From the NCBI RefSeq assembly GCF_000281045.1, contig NW_008246083.1, positions 128,906 to 192,905 on the forward strand: 64,000 nt of DNA, in the 5' to 3' direction. This DNA comes from Saprolegnia diclina VS20 (Eukaryota). Shown piece by piece: positions 1-13,000 of the stretch (the first letter of the stretch is position 1; each line of letters starts with the position of its first letter). The notes under the pieces are model-generated. The model was not told the origin of the DNA. It saw only the letters and a list, made by a program, of their open reading frames with translations, and did not search any database. The position numbers and the translations under genes are program-made.

Positions 1-3000
1 GCGTCTGTCCATGCGTGCACGAGCTGCGACGCCATTTTGAGTGTGTGGTGATGCAAACTTGGCTGCGCGTTGGGGGTGATATCTCTGGCGCTGACCAGCG
101 GAGACACCAAATCTGGAACCGGGTTCGAATCTGGTACGACTTGCGTTTGAAGATCGCGCTCGTGCGGCCGAGATGTGCACCAAACGACCTCGGCCATCGC
201 CGCTTGCGTCCAGGCGCGGACCATGCGACCGGCCGTGATCGAGATCACTACCGTGTGGTCAAAGGCTTCTTCGGGCGTCTCGAGCGGTGCTTGGAGCAAA
301 GAAGCGGCGCTCGCCGTCTCATGGCTCGTCGTGATACTCGCCTCGGCACTTTGAACGGGGCGGGGACTGGAGACACCTTGTGATGACGCGCTCAAATGAC
401 CAACTTCGCTTGGCGCATCGTCGAAGATGCTTGCGTCCTCGAGATCGCTCGGTCGGGCGTCTGCGTCGCCAGTGGTTGCCGACGCCATCGCATCATCAAA
501 GGCAGCTTCCAGGTCTAAATCGTCCAGAGCATCGATCTTCGGGGCAGACGGGCGCCGTGTCGCTTCACTCGTCAGATCAACCGTGTTCTTTGACGCGGTG
601 GATGCATAATCCTCCGAGGTAGCGTCCTCGCTTGCGCTTGCGTCAACGCCATTTTCTAACGCCGTAATCATGTCGTCGCAGACACCGCAGACGATCGACG
701 CCGAGAGCGCGCTGCTCGTATCGTCGGCCACGCTTGCAGCGGCGTGGGACACCCACGCCAGTGTCAACTGCTTGGCCAATAGCGCCATGGCCACGCTCTC
801 GTCCGTCGCCATGCTCGTCGCTGCGTCGCCGTCCTTGGCCTCGGCTGCGAGTACCGTCATCGTAGCCAGTGGAACGTCGTCCGTGTCTTTCGATTCGTGA
901 CGCACGGGCGACCTCGGTACCTCGTGAAACAGCTTTGCAAAGATACCGTCTTTGGCGATCGATGCAACGATATCCGGGGGTAAAAGAGTACTCGGTGGCG
1001 GGGCAAACGACCGCCGCAAGGCCTCGTTGGCCGCCGTCACCATCGCGTCGTCCAGCGCTGAGCTCACAATCGCCGTCGCTATCAGCACCTCCCGCGCTAC
1101 GTCGTCGCGCGTGACCAAGACGGGCTCCTCCGCGGCGCTCACAGCAGAGTTGGCTGCTGTATCGTTGACAGAACGGGTGGCAAGCTTGGGCTCCTTGCGT
1201 GGCGTGGCCTTGCGAGGAGTCGGCGTCTGCCGGGGCGACGGCACCGGTGATCGCCACGCTTCCTTCCGCGGCGAGCGCGTTGTTGGGGAATGGGCTGGTC
1301 GCGGTGACGTCGGTGCTGTTTGGAGGAGGCGCGGCTCGAGGGGCAGTCGCGGCACATCGAGGCTCGCCGCTGACGCTTGCGTCCTGAGTTTTTCCGTCCC
1401 GATTCCTTGCGCCGGCTTGCTTGGCGATTTGATGACTAGACACATGGTCGTCTTCGATGCCAACACATTAGATAGCAACGTACGACTGCTCGGCATTGGT
1501 CGCACGCGGCTTTTGGTCGGTGATTTCGTCGGTGACGACGACTGGGGTGGCAGCCGCGCGGGCGGCCGGGGCTTGACCGCTGCCTCCTTTGACGGCGACG
1601 GCGCAACAGCCACAGACGTTTTGAGAGGCTTGGCAAACCCGTACGCAGACGTGAGGAGGTTTCCGCGCACGGCGCGGTCGGCGACTTCTGCTTGCGCCAG
1701 CGCGCGCTCCTTGTCCTTTTCGCCAATGCTCGGCATCGGATCGTACACGACGCCGTCCTTGGGCTCCTTCTTGGGACTGGTCATGACGCGGAGCTTGGTC
1801 GTTCGAGTGACTTCTACACGAGTTGGCTGTGAGCCAGTGCAATAGGCTGTTGGAAATCCTACTTTGTGGCGAGTAGGTGCGGACGCGCTTGACCGGGGAC
1901 CGCGCGAGCTGCTGGCACACAATGCCCGAGTACTTGAGCACACCTTGTCGCATCTTTAGCGATTTCAACAGGTATCTCCGCTCATACTTGCATCGGCCGC
2001 AAACTGCACCATGGCGTGCGACACAGTCGAGAGCGCGCGGAGCTCGTCGAGGACGTCGGTGACTGTGCGGTCCATCGACATGAAGCTAGCTCGAGGCGTC
2101 AGACAACCAAATATGCTGTCGACATACCAGAGCAGGGCCGTCGTAACCGCAACCGAGACCCGCTTGGACGCTTCCACGTTGACGCTCGCCTGCAAGAGCT
2201 GCACAAGGCTCTGCAGAACAGGCCAGTTCTCGTCTGCACCGGTCGCTTGGCCGCTGAGGATCGTGCCAATGACGTCTTTGCCTCGGGCTTGGCAAATAGC
2301 GACGAGGACTAAAAGATGCCCATCAAGACGCTGTCGATGACAGCAAAGCGGCAGACTCGCGCAGGTGTAGATGACGGCTTGGTCGGCCGTCTTGTCATTG
2401 CGCTGGACGATCGGGCGCACGAGAACGGGAAGAAGCCCGAGCCCGAGGACGATGTCAATGCTGCTGTCGTCGTGCTGCACGAGCGGCGCGAGGGCCCCCG
2501 CCGCCGCCGACTAGCGTCTCTGAGCGTCGTACGATGGAATGAGAACGCCAAGTACCTGAAGAATCACGTCGTCCGGGAAGCGTCGCAGCCCGTTGGCGAG
2601 CAGCTCGATCGCACCGTTCTCGATCAGCACCCGATGGCTCTCGTCGCACGCGCAAGCCAGCTTGCGAATGAGCACAAAACCGTACGACTGGATGACGGGC
2701 ACGGACGCCTTGACGCGCAGCATCGAAAGAATCGTGAGTTCGCCCAAGTGGCGGTGCATCTCGTGCGCGCCGTCACGGGTCCGAACGAGCTTGAGGAGCA
2801 CGGCAAACGCCTTCTTCTACAGCAAGGCAATGAGTGCGTGGATCAGCGTCTGGCAGTTGACGTACGACAAAGAGCGCCGAGACGTTGTCGGCGAAGAGTG
2901 CGTTGAGGATCGAGACGACGTCGTGCAGGTCATCGACGTCGTTTCCGTCGGTGCTCGGCGACTGCGGGGGCTGGAGGCGCGGCGTAATGCTCTGAAGCAC

Positions 3001-3027
3001 CGCGAGTTCGTTGCTAGCACCCTCCAT
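1..3027 (-). CDS. Multi-exon protein, N-terminal armadillo-like helical repeats followed by a long Ser/Pro/Ala-rich region; 3' end lies outside the window
   Basis: Consecutive minus-strand ORF pieces (2773-3048, 2511-2801, 1965-2480, 1468-1968) read as one protein from MEGASNEL. ARM-like segment VIQSYGFVLIRKLAC...NGAIELLANGLRRFPDDVILQ. One minus frame stays open from about 1845 to base 1. Confidence 0.6.
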
Positions 3028-3654
3028 CTCGCTCCATCGAGAGTACACTGTGAAGAAGAGGAGTTTCGACCTAAATCAGATGCGCGCTCGAGTTATAAAT
3101 ATAGTTCTCATGAGGGTAGGGTTGCCGACTAACATACAAAGCGTGGCACGCGACCGATACGACCAACATACAAAAGACCGATAGCAAAGGACGGCGTCGA
3201 CCATGCGATGTCGAAGGCGTACTTGCCTCACGCGGTCGGCTTCACCGGTAACTGCGCGGAGTACATATCTCAAGTAGATGCAGAACTAAAGCCAATCGCT
3301 CTCAAAAGCTTGCATGGCTCGCTCTTTTGTGCTGTGCATGCTGTGCAGGGCTGGCACGAGTCGGCGCAAGGCTCTGTCGGCGGCTGCAGAGAGGATCAAG
3401 TGCAATCTCGTGCCTCTTACACCGGTAGTGCTGCGCCCTAATGGCATTTCTCGGCGCTGTCTCAGTGTCGCCGTCGTGCTCGACATTGCGGTGCGACTGT
3501 CCCAGTCCATTTCGACACACTCGAGCTTGAGCTGTTGCGGCGGAAGGGGCGTCTTTCTCACGTGAAATAGTGTGTGTACACCAATTCCATTTTCCCGTTT
3601 TAAAAAAGCACTTGGGATTTTGTAGGCAATACAAAAACGTGTCGTTTTCCCCCG

Positions 3655-3664
3655 CCAATCAGAA
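3655..3664 (+). promoter_or_regulatory. CCAAT box (CCAATCAGAA)
   Basis: In the divergent intergenic region upstream of the PUF gene. The same 10-mer recurs upstream of other starts at 21043-21052 and 28804-28813. Confidence 0.5.
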
Positions 3665-3919
3665 ACGCGGAGCGCGCGTTGTGTGTCAAAACAAGTCAGT
3701 CGATTGGGGCGGCGATTTGATTGATGGAAGCGAGGGTTACATATCCAAAGTCAATTGGCCCGAGCGACTCCCACTGCTCGCTGCGTCAGGGACGGCGCCA
3801 CCTACTTCCTGTACCATAGCCCGCTAGCACACTATATATAAGCCGCGCCGTGGCCACGTTAGCTTGAGATGCACACCACCCACCCCCGCTCGTCGTCCCG
3901 CCCGCCGTCGCCGCCCGCG

Positions 3920-5863
3920 ATGGCCTCGCTCTTCTACAACGAACTCGACTTCCTCGGCCGGTGCGCACGCGTCGCATGGACCACGTCGCTAACGGTTGCG
4001 ACTAGGAGCTACGACGGTGCCATGCCCCGTTTGCACGAGCCGGTACGTCACGCGCGTGCGAGGACCAACGATCGATGTGTGTGCAATAGGAGCCGACGCC
4101 GCCGCCGCCGCGACGCGCCTACTATGAAGAGCCGCCGCGAAGTCTGCCCAAGCCACGCAAGAGCAGCATCGAGATGTTTCTCTCGCAGAGTCCGTCGCAG
4201 CACCTTGGCAACGATTTCCTGCGCCTTGGCCTTGACGAACCGCCGCAGTTTTACCTCAACCCCGAGCTCGCAACGTTTGGCCCGCCGACGAGCGCCGAGA
4301 CGACGACGACGACGGATCCGTGGTACCACGAGCGATCGTCGTATGCGCCCGAGCCGGCGCCCATGTACACGGCGTCGTACGCGCCGACGTCGGCGCCGTC
4401 AATGCGATCGCAGCAGTGGTCGCGACCGTCGCCGCCGCTCCCAACCTACCCATCGTCGTCGTCGTCCTTTCGGCAAAGCGCGCCCCGGTCCGCGCCGCGC
4501 TCGTTCCCGCTCGGGAACCGGACCGCGGGGCTCTTTGACTCGCTCAAGTCGCCGCTCAAGCCGTGCAAGTTTTATGCCCAAGGCCACTGCCGCATGGGCA
4601 CCAAATGCAAATTTGCGCACCAGCTGCCGACCGCGCCGTCGTCCACCGCGTCGTCGGCCGCGTCGTTTGAGGACGAGTACGCGTCCTACCCGAGCTTTCG
4701 GCCGACGCACCACGCGTCGACGAGCAGCCTGGACGCGGCGTCGCTGCCCGAGCTCTCGCCGAACGTGGCGCTCACGGTCGACGACCTTGCAGGCCGCGTG
4801 TACGCCATGGTACGCCTTTTTTTCTAACGGCTCATCACTATATCCTTGCTGCGTTTAGTCGAAGGACCAGAATGGCTGTCGGCTTCTCCAAGAGCAGCTC
4901 GACGGCCGGTCGGACCTCTGCGATGTGATTTACGCCGAGGCCGTGCCGCACCTCGTCGATATGATGGTCGATCCGTTTGGCAACTACCTCTTCCAGAAGC
5001 TGCTCGAGCGCGTGAGCGATGGCCAGCGGCTCGTGATTGTGCAGCACGTGGCGTCGCACCTCGTGGCCGCGGCGCTCAACTTGCACGGAACGCGGTCGGT
5101 GCAAAAGGTGGTCGAAGTCTGTGCGACCGACCGCGCGCTCGCGTCGCTCATCGTGTCGGCGCTCGACGACGACGCGGTGCGTCTCTGCATCGACTCGAAC
5201 GGCAACCACGTGATCCAGCGCGCGCTGCAGTTTTTACCGGCCGAGTTTAACCAGTTTGTATTTGACGCGGTCGCGGCCGACTGCACGGTCGTTGGGACGC
5301 ACCGCCACGGCTGCTGCGTGCTCCAGCGCTGCGTCGACGCGGCCAACGAGAGCCAGAAGCGCGCAGTGATTGCCCAAGTCGAGCGCCACGCGATGAAGCT
5401 CATGCAAGACCCGTATGGCAACTACGTGGTCCAGTACGTCCTCGACGCGTGCCCGAGCGACGAGACGGTCGGCGTCATGGCCAAATGCGTCGGCCACCTC
5501 TTTGAGCTCTCGGTCCAGAAATTTTCGTCCAACGTCGTGGAGAAGTGCCTCGAGTTGGCGCCGTACGAGCTGCGCCAGACGTTTGTCAAGGAGCTCATTG
5601 CGTCGCCGCGTATGCAGCGCATGCTCCAGGACCAGTTTGCCAACTATGTGGTCCAGCGCGCGCTCTCGGTGGCCTCGGACGAGCACTGCCTCGCGCTCGT
5701 GCACGCGATCGCGCCGCACTTGCCGTCGATGAAGAACACGTCGGGCGGCCGCCGCATCCAGGCCCGGATCCTCAAACGCTTCCCGCACATGGTCGAGATG
5801 GTGATGCTTGGCGAGACCATGCCGCTCGAGACGCCGCCGCCGCTCTATGGCCGCGTCGCGTAG
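3920..5863 (+). CDS. Pumilio/PUF RNA-binding protein (Puf4-like) with an N-terminal CCCH zinc finger; about 4 exons
   Basis: CCCH finger CKFYAQGHCRMGTKCKFAH at about 4564-4620. Eight PUF repeats (DQNGCRLLQ, DPFGNYLFQ, HGTRSVQ, NGNHVIQ, HGCCVLQ, DPYGNYVVQ, KFSSNVVE, DQFANYVVQ). Introns at about 3961-4005, 4043-4089 and 4810-4858. Confidence 0.93.
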
Positions 5864-6213
5864 CGTCTTTGTATGTACTCTTAGCCGCCACACTAGTTCC
5901 AACATCCTGTATCATTAATACCCGACGTACTTCTGTGTCGTTCACGCTCGTCGTAGAATACGCGTCCTCCACTTGCAGGAAGCGGGGCATGATGAGCTGG
6001 CGCTGCTGATGGTACTGGGCACACACGGGTCGGATCGTGTGTCCGCAGTCCGCCCTCTACAACCACGACGTGTAATAGGTGTCGTCGTTCTTGGGACCGC
6101 GCTACTGCTGTCGTTGCATGCCACGTCGGCGTCGCGTTGGTATTACGCCCACCGTTGCTACCTCGTGTAGCAGGCTCGTCTCCCAGCGAGGACCGTGCAT
6201 GGCGCCGCTATGG

Positions 6214-6265
6214 CCTCTTCCGGCAGTCTCTTCCAGTAGCCTCTTCCGGTAGCCTCTTCCGGCAC
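6214..6265. repeat. 13-bp tandem repeat, 4 copies, consensus CCTCTTCCGGYAG
   Basis: cctcttccggcag / tctcttccagtag / cctcttccggtag / cctcttccggcac. Confidence 0.85.
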
Positions 6266-6855
6266 CGCATCCGCGTCCGGCCTTGCGACCGCACCCCGTC
6301 CCATGCGCATCGACCTCGGCTCCGTGTCAATGAGTTTCCAACAGGTGTGTTTTAAACACATTGGCGGCCGGCTGTTTTCAAACGTGCGTGAGTAACGGGC
6401 GTCGATGTCACACATTCTCAGTCGAAGGCGCGTGGTTCGACGCAATACAATAGACGCCGTATACAAATTGCAAGTGAAAATAAAATAAACGGGGACGTGC
6501 CCCCTCCAAAACTTCGCCACGTGGTGCGGTTGCAACTGGCCCCTTCTTCGAATCCGTTCGCATCGCCGCTGCATTTTTAATTGTGTTTATTGTATTAGCT
6601 TGCCGTTTGTATTGAACAGCGACACGGGTGCATATTAATAAAAGACAGTGTATGCGAGTTTGCATTTTAATACACTGGCTGGCTACTACGGCGATAGGTG
6701 TAATCGTGAGACTCCTCATCTCTTGGACTGCCGCGGGTACAGCGGAAGGACGACGACGTAGCCCGCCGACGCCGACGACGCCCGAACCAACCCCGCCACG
6801 CCGCCGGCGACCTCTGCCGACCCGGACCGAATCACATACGTCTACTTCCGCCACG

Positions 6856-8264
6856 ATGGCCAACGACATGGAGTCGCTTCACTTGCCCCGCCTCGACCTT
6901 GGCATCTTCAAGAGCAGCTGCCGGTACCTCGAGCGCATTGGCAAGCCGTCGATTCCGTTCCAGCCGCCAACGTGGGCCCTCCCGGCGTCGCGCAAGCCTG
7001 CGTCGGTCGCACTCATCGATGTCTTCAAGCTCAACGAAGTCATTGCCAGCGTCAGCGTCGACACCAAGTCGTACTTTGTGTTTGGCCGCAACGCGCTCGT
7101 CTGCGACATCGTCTTGGAGCATTGCTCTATCTCCCGGTACGCTCGCGACTGCACGATACGATGCTGGTGCTGACGTGGATGCATGTATTAGCATGCACGC
7201 CTGCTTGGTGCACCACAGTGACGGCTCCGCCTACATTGTCGACTTGGGCTCGTGCCACGGCACGTTCATGGACGCCGAGAAGCTCGAGCCGCTTCGACCG
7301 ACCCTCATCACGCACGGCGCCCAACTACGGTACGATACCCACGCCGCTCCCAGCGCGACATGAAGTGAACCATGCCTTGGTCTGTAGGTTCGGCGTCTCG
7401 TCCCGCTCGTACCGGTTCAAGGTACACAGCTTGGTTGCAGCCGTCGGCTCATGGCGTCCTCCTTCCTAGACGTTTGAATCCCGCGAGCAGATTCTGCGCC
7501 GCCTCCACGCCACCGTCGGGTTGCACGACGACGAGCGCCTCCTGCAGACAAATACGCTATTGAACCGCTTTGTGTCGTACCGACTCGACGTGCACGCCCA
7601 AGCGCACCAGTCGGTCGTGCATCCCCACAGTAGGCCTCCCGCGCTACGAACCGTGACCTCACGTGCTCGTGCAGAGGCCGCGAACCGCGTGGCTTCCAAC
7701 TCGACCGACACGAACGAAGACCCGTCGCAGGTCGACGACGAGCCGTCGTCGTCGTCGTCGTCGACGTCGTCGCACCGCCACTCTGCTGAAAATCTCGACT
7801 CGTTTGCGATGGTCGACATTGCCGAAGAGCCATTCCAGGCACCGCCGCTTGCGTCAAGGAAGCGCACGCGGCCGCTCTCGGCAACCGACCGGACCCACCA
7901 AGTGTTTTTGACGTTCGATATGAAGCGCGTCCGGTTCGTGGTTGACCCGCCGACGATCATTCCGCCGCCGCCGGCGGATGATGAAGCGTACGATCAGCAC
8001 GCTCGGAGCCACCTCGTCCCCAATGAGCCTGATGATGTAGCGATGGAGTGTGACGACGAGGATGCGTATGCGGCGGCCGTCCCGCCGCTTCTGAACTATG
8101 GCCCGATGGGCGACACGCCCATGGACGAGTACATGATGGAGAACCCGTTCGCGACTGTGGCGCCGGACTCGGGCCGCTGTGCGATGCCGCTGAGCCTTCA
8201 GTTCCCGCTCTGCAGCGACCGCCCGTCCCTCGACTTTGGCCGGCGACGATCGACGATCGGCTAA
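6856..8264 (+). CDS. FHA-domain protein, NIPP1/PPP1R8-like, with an RVxF PP1-docking motif; 4 exons
   Basis: FHA motifs FGRNALVCDIVLEHCSISR|MHACLVH...DLGSCHGTF...R|FGVSSRSY, the N-terminal PPTWA motif, and a downstream KRVRF. Introns at about 7137-7191, 7330-7387 and 7422-7469. Confidence 0.82.
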
Positions 8265-10053
8265 GACGACGTGTAATATTATATTTCTGTGTTCGGCGCT
8301 TGGTGGAGGAGTGACGCCAGCCGCTGACGACCGACACCAGCTCACTCGATTCGATGCATACAGTGTATGTTGTGCTGCATCATACGCTGTCTGGAGGCAG
8401 CGTGCCAGCCAAGAGCCATGTCCTTCCAAGAAAGACGCGTTGCGGGAAGGGAGTCGCGGGACGAGACGGCGACGCCAATGTCGCGTCGCCCACCCGTCTA
8501 CGATCGCATCTGGTTTGGCGCCACACCGGTCGACAGCGTTGGTTTCACGCACGTGGACTCACTCTCTTTGCATGTGCTCTCCTCGACGCACTCTCTACCC
8601 TCTTTGGCCCGACGCGGATATCCTTGGCACCAAATTGGCGCAGGCGATGGAATCGTCAAGGCGTCTCGGGCAAGCTTCCGTCGTTGCTTGAGGATGCTTC
8701 AGGATGCTTGCTCTGTGGATCTGTGGCGTGTCCAGTGCGAGGGAGCGCGTCGTCCAACCCCAGTGGTCCAACAGTATCTCTTGTCGGGACGATTCGGTGG
8801 CTTCTGGACGTGGAACTTTAACCTTCCGCACTCCAAGTATAGTTTCGAATAGGTCTACTGAGTGTATCGCAGTGGTGTGAATACATCGATGATCGAACGT
8901 TCACGCCAAAAAAGTCCGTCGAACGAAAAGGTTGGAGCTAGCCATGTACTCGAGATCAGCACCGACTTCAACCTCGACTCGTCGCCTAGGATTTGTACGG
9001 GCTGTACGTGAGGCCATCGCGCCCATCACGGACAGAAATCAAGCGCGGACAGTCCGGTCCTTGACGCATATCAACACCAGCATCAACCCTCCCGCTCGCC
9101 ACTCCAAGGCACTCTAGGTGGCCGATAACCATCACGGGCTCACAAATATTGGCGCCAATGACGTTGGCACGGACAGCTCTGGACGCGCGTTGTCTCTGGC
9201 CCATCGTTCGATCTCGCATTGCACGGGCTTGGACTGCGTTTCTCAGGACCAAGCGCCTATCGTCACCTACGGTACCGGCGACGTCCGCATTTCCGCATGG
9301 CGAAAGCCGTGCCAGTCGAGCATACGGGGTACGTAGTAGTCGCACGCCATCATCTCATGCAGCATTAGACCCACCAAGCAGGTTGTTCGAGATACATTCT
9401 AGAGTCGTCGCGAGAAGCGCTTTATGTTCGACACGTTGGCGCCACGCTCGCGACGCGTCGACTCTCATGACCACTCTCACTCTTGAGAGCGATCCGGTCC
9501 GATCACTTTGGCGCTAAGTCCGAAACGACTGGCGTACGAACGCGCACTTTATCGAGCGTATAGCCGTCGTAACTATCCAACGTCCCGATAAAGTACGGGC
9601 GTTTGGACCGCCTGTCTTGGAATAAGCGCTTCGAATCGCACTTGAGCGGGTCCGAGACACGTCCCACCCTCCGGACCACAAATTTAAATGCAACGCAAGT
9701 GGGTGATGCATACAAATGGCAAATGATAAAATAAAAACCGTGCGCGACGCATCCGACCAAGCCAGTTTCCTATTAAAAACCAGGCCATTTCGTGTCACAC
9801 AAAAAGGGCGGGATCGTTTACCTTGGTGTTTGTATGTGAAGCCGGTATTTAATTGCGTGAGTAATAAATTAAAAATTGAGCGGAAGATCGAACCCGAGGT
9901 TCAGCCAGTCGCACAGTCTATTTCATTACCCGACGCCGTAGGCCCACCTCGACCCGTCCGATCGAGCTAGGTAGACGCGCTCCCTCCATGAGGTCGACCT
10001 CTAGGAAGGAAGCTCATGGAAGCATGCTTGTCTAGGCCTTCTCGTTGACGTAT

Positions 10054-13000
10054 ATGAAAAGCCAGTACTCGTCTTCCTCTGCCCGACCTCCCAGCGACAA
10101 GCAGAGCGTGGCGATGCAGAACAGCGATGCGACGCGTCCGTCGGGCCATCGCCGTGCGACCAAGAACTACTTCCAGCTCGAGTCCGACACGAAGCGCCAG
10201 AGCATGATGCAAGACGCCAACGACCGGTTTGGCAACCGGCTCTCGATGATGAACGTTTTGCCGCAGCAGGACCAGGCCGAGTTCCAAGACGAGCGCTCGA
10301 TCGACTACTGCTGTGAAGTGCTGCAGAACAAATTTGGTCTCCAGGACGGGTCGGTCGACAACCAGCGCGAGCACGTGCTCCTTTTGCTGGCCAACTGCGC
10401 CGCGCGCGCCGGCACGGGCACGGCCGACACGCAGTACCACGTGCAGCTGCTGCACACGAAGCTCTTTGGCAACTACAAGGAGTGGTGCGGCTTTGTTGGC
10501 GTCAAGCCCGTCGCGTACGCCGAGCGTCTCTCGGGCACGCCGCTGACGTCGCCGCTGCACATGGATCTCATGCTCTACTTTCTTATTTGGGGCGAGTCGG
10601 CCAACTTGCGGCACATGCCCGAGTGCCTCTGCTACTTGTACCACCAGATGCTCTCGGCGCTCCTTCAGGACGACCAGCACCAAGAGCGCCGTCCGCAGCA
10701 GTGGTTCCTCCAAGCCGTGGTCCGCCCGATCTGGAAGGAGTGCTCGGTTATGCAGAAGAAGAACTCGCTCGGTCTGCACTACGAGCACACCAAGGTCCGC
10801 AACTACGACGACATCAACGAGTTTTTTTGGAAGAAGGGCTGCCTCAAGATTGCGATCGACCAAGTCGCGCAGACGATCCACAAGACGCACGGCAAGACCT
10901 TTTTCGAGCACCGATCGATCTTTACGCTCATCCTCAACTACTACCGCATCTTCCACTTCAACCTCATGTTCCTCATCGGGCTCGCGGTCATCAACTACGT
11001 GGTCACGATCTCGCCCAACGGCGGCAAGTCGGGCTTCGACCAGTTTAGCGCCATGGGCAAGGTCGTCTCGCCCTACTCGACGCGCGAAGTCAAGAAGGTG
11101 GGCGTCGTTTTCATTGGCTCCCACGCGATTCTCAACGCGTTCAAGTGCTTCCTCGAGGTCGGCCACGGCTGGAACCTCCTCGTGGACCGTCGGTCGACGT
11201 CGGCGACCTCGTCCAAGTCGATGACGTACGGCCTTGCGCTCACGCTGCGCTTGATTTGGAACCTTGGCTTTGCGGGTCTCTTTGGTCTTATGGCGGTCTC
11301 GGCCATCCCGGCGGCGGGTGCGACGGACATTCTCACCAACCTCTCGCTGGCCTCGCTCGTGTACGTGGCGCCCGGCGCGCTCATTTTGATCTCGCAGTCG
11401 ATCGCGCCGGGCCCGACGCGGACGCTGGGCTCGAAGTTCATCCGCGAAGGCGACTCGTGCTACACGGGCCGGCACATGGCGCCGCCGCTCTCGTACCGCC
11501 TCAAGTATGGTCTCTTTTGGATCATTCTCTGGGTGGCCAAGACGGTTGTGTCGTACTGGGTGCTCATCTCGCCGCTCATGCTTGTGTCGCTGGCGATCTA
11601 CGAGATGAAGCTCACGTACAACTCGCCGATCTCGTCGTTCCACAACATGGGCATCATCGTTGCGCTCTGGGCGCCGGTCGTTTTCATCTTCAACTACGAC
11701 ACGCAGATCTACTTCACGATCTTGCAGGCGCTCATCGGCTGGGTCAAGGGAGCGATCATGAAGGCTGGCGAGATCCACGGTATCGAGAACCTCTCCAAGG
11801 CGTTCCGCGTTGCGCCGCAGCTCTTCGACCAAAAGGTTGTGACGGTCCTCGCGCGCTCGACGGACGCGGCTGAGATGGGCGACCAGGCCTCGCGTGGCAG
11901 CGTCAGCGCAGTCTACCAGTCGCAGATGATGCTCCGCTTTGTCGTTGTCTGGAACGAAATCGTCAACTCGTTCCGCGAGGGCGACCTTGTCGACGACAAG
12001 GAGGCGGCCATTCTGCAGTACGACATTCAGAACACGGGCGAGGTTTTTGAGCCCGTCTTCCTCTCGGCCGGCAAGCTCGGCGAGGCCATGACGTATGCGA
12101 TGAAGCTCGGAAAGGGCGGTCGCGGCGACTCGGAGCTCCGCATCCAGCTCGTCAAGAACGACTGCCTCTCGGCCGTCAAGTCGTTTTTCAACGCGTCGAT
12201 GTACGTGATGGAGGCGCTCCTCGGCAACGACGACGTCGAGGTGCTCGAGGCCTTCCGCATGATGGAGCAGTGCGCTTGCGACGGCGCGTTTCTTCAGTCG
12301 TTTGACGTCGGCTCGCTTTTGCACGTGCGCACGATGGCGATCGACTTTTTGGAGGCGGTCCTCGACTTGCCCGACCCGGACACCCCGTCGCCGGTGCTGC
12401 CCGACACGGCCGTGCATCCCATGGGCATCATCCGCAACTTTGTGGCCAAGACGGAGAACCTCTTCAACGCGCTGCGCCAGTTTTGCCGCAACCAAGCGAT
12501 TGGTGGCAAGTTTGCCAACGTCAACTTTGTGCAGCCGGCCAACTCGTATGTGTACGCGTCGCGGGGGCTGGTCAACCTCTTCCACAGCGACACGGCGATG
12601 GGCGCAGCGACGCGCGCGTACCTTCTCATGTCGCTCGACAAGCCGGACGCGATGCCCAAGTGCGCCGAGGCCCAGCGCCGGCTCGGTTTCTTTATGAAGT
12701 CGCTCTTGATGGACATTCCGCAGCTGCGCGCGATCCGCGACATGCGGTCGTTCTCGGTCGTGACGCCGTTTTACAGCGAGGGCGTCATTTACTCGCTCGA
12801 CGAGCTCAACAACCCGCTCGAGAACCACCCGATCTTCAACAAGGGCGAGGAAGTCAAGAAGAACATTTCGATCCTCAAGTACCTCATCACGATCCACCCG
12901 GAAGAGTGGGAGAACTTTTTGGAGCGCATTGACGTGTCGTCGGTCGAGGCGGCCATCAAGCAATTTCCGATGGAGATTCGGCTCTGGGCGTCGTACCGCG

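Noticed and set aside
121..131. GGTTCGAATC tRNA T-loop-like motif
   Set aside because: Lies within an open coding frame and has no cloverleaf stems around it.
8300..9500. Short ORFs in intergenic stretches (also 3100-3560, 18870-19300, 36850-37300, 51900-52900, 54100-55900)
   Set aside because: No motifs, weak codon bias and no consistent exon chain. Small genes cannot be excluded without RNA-seq.
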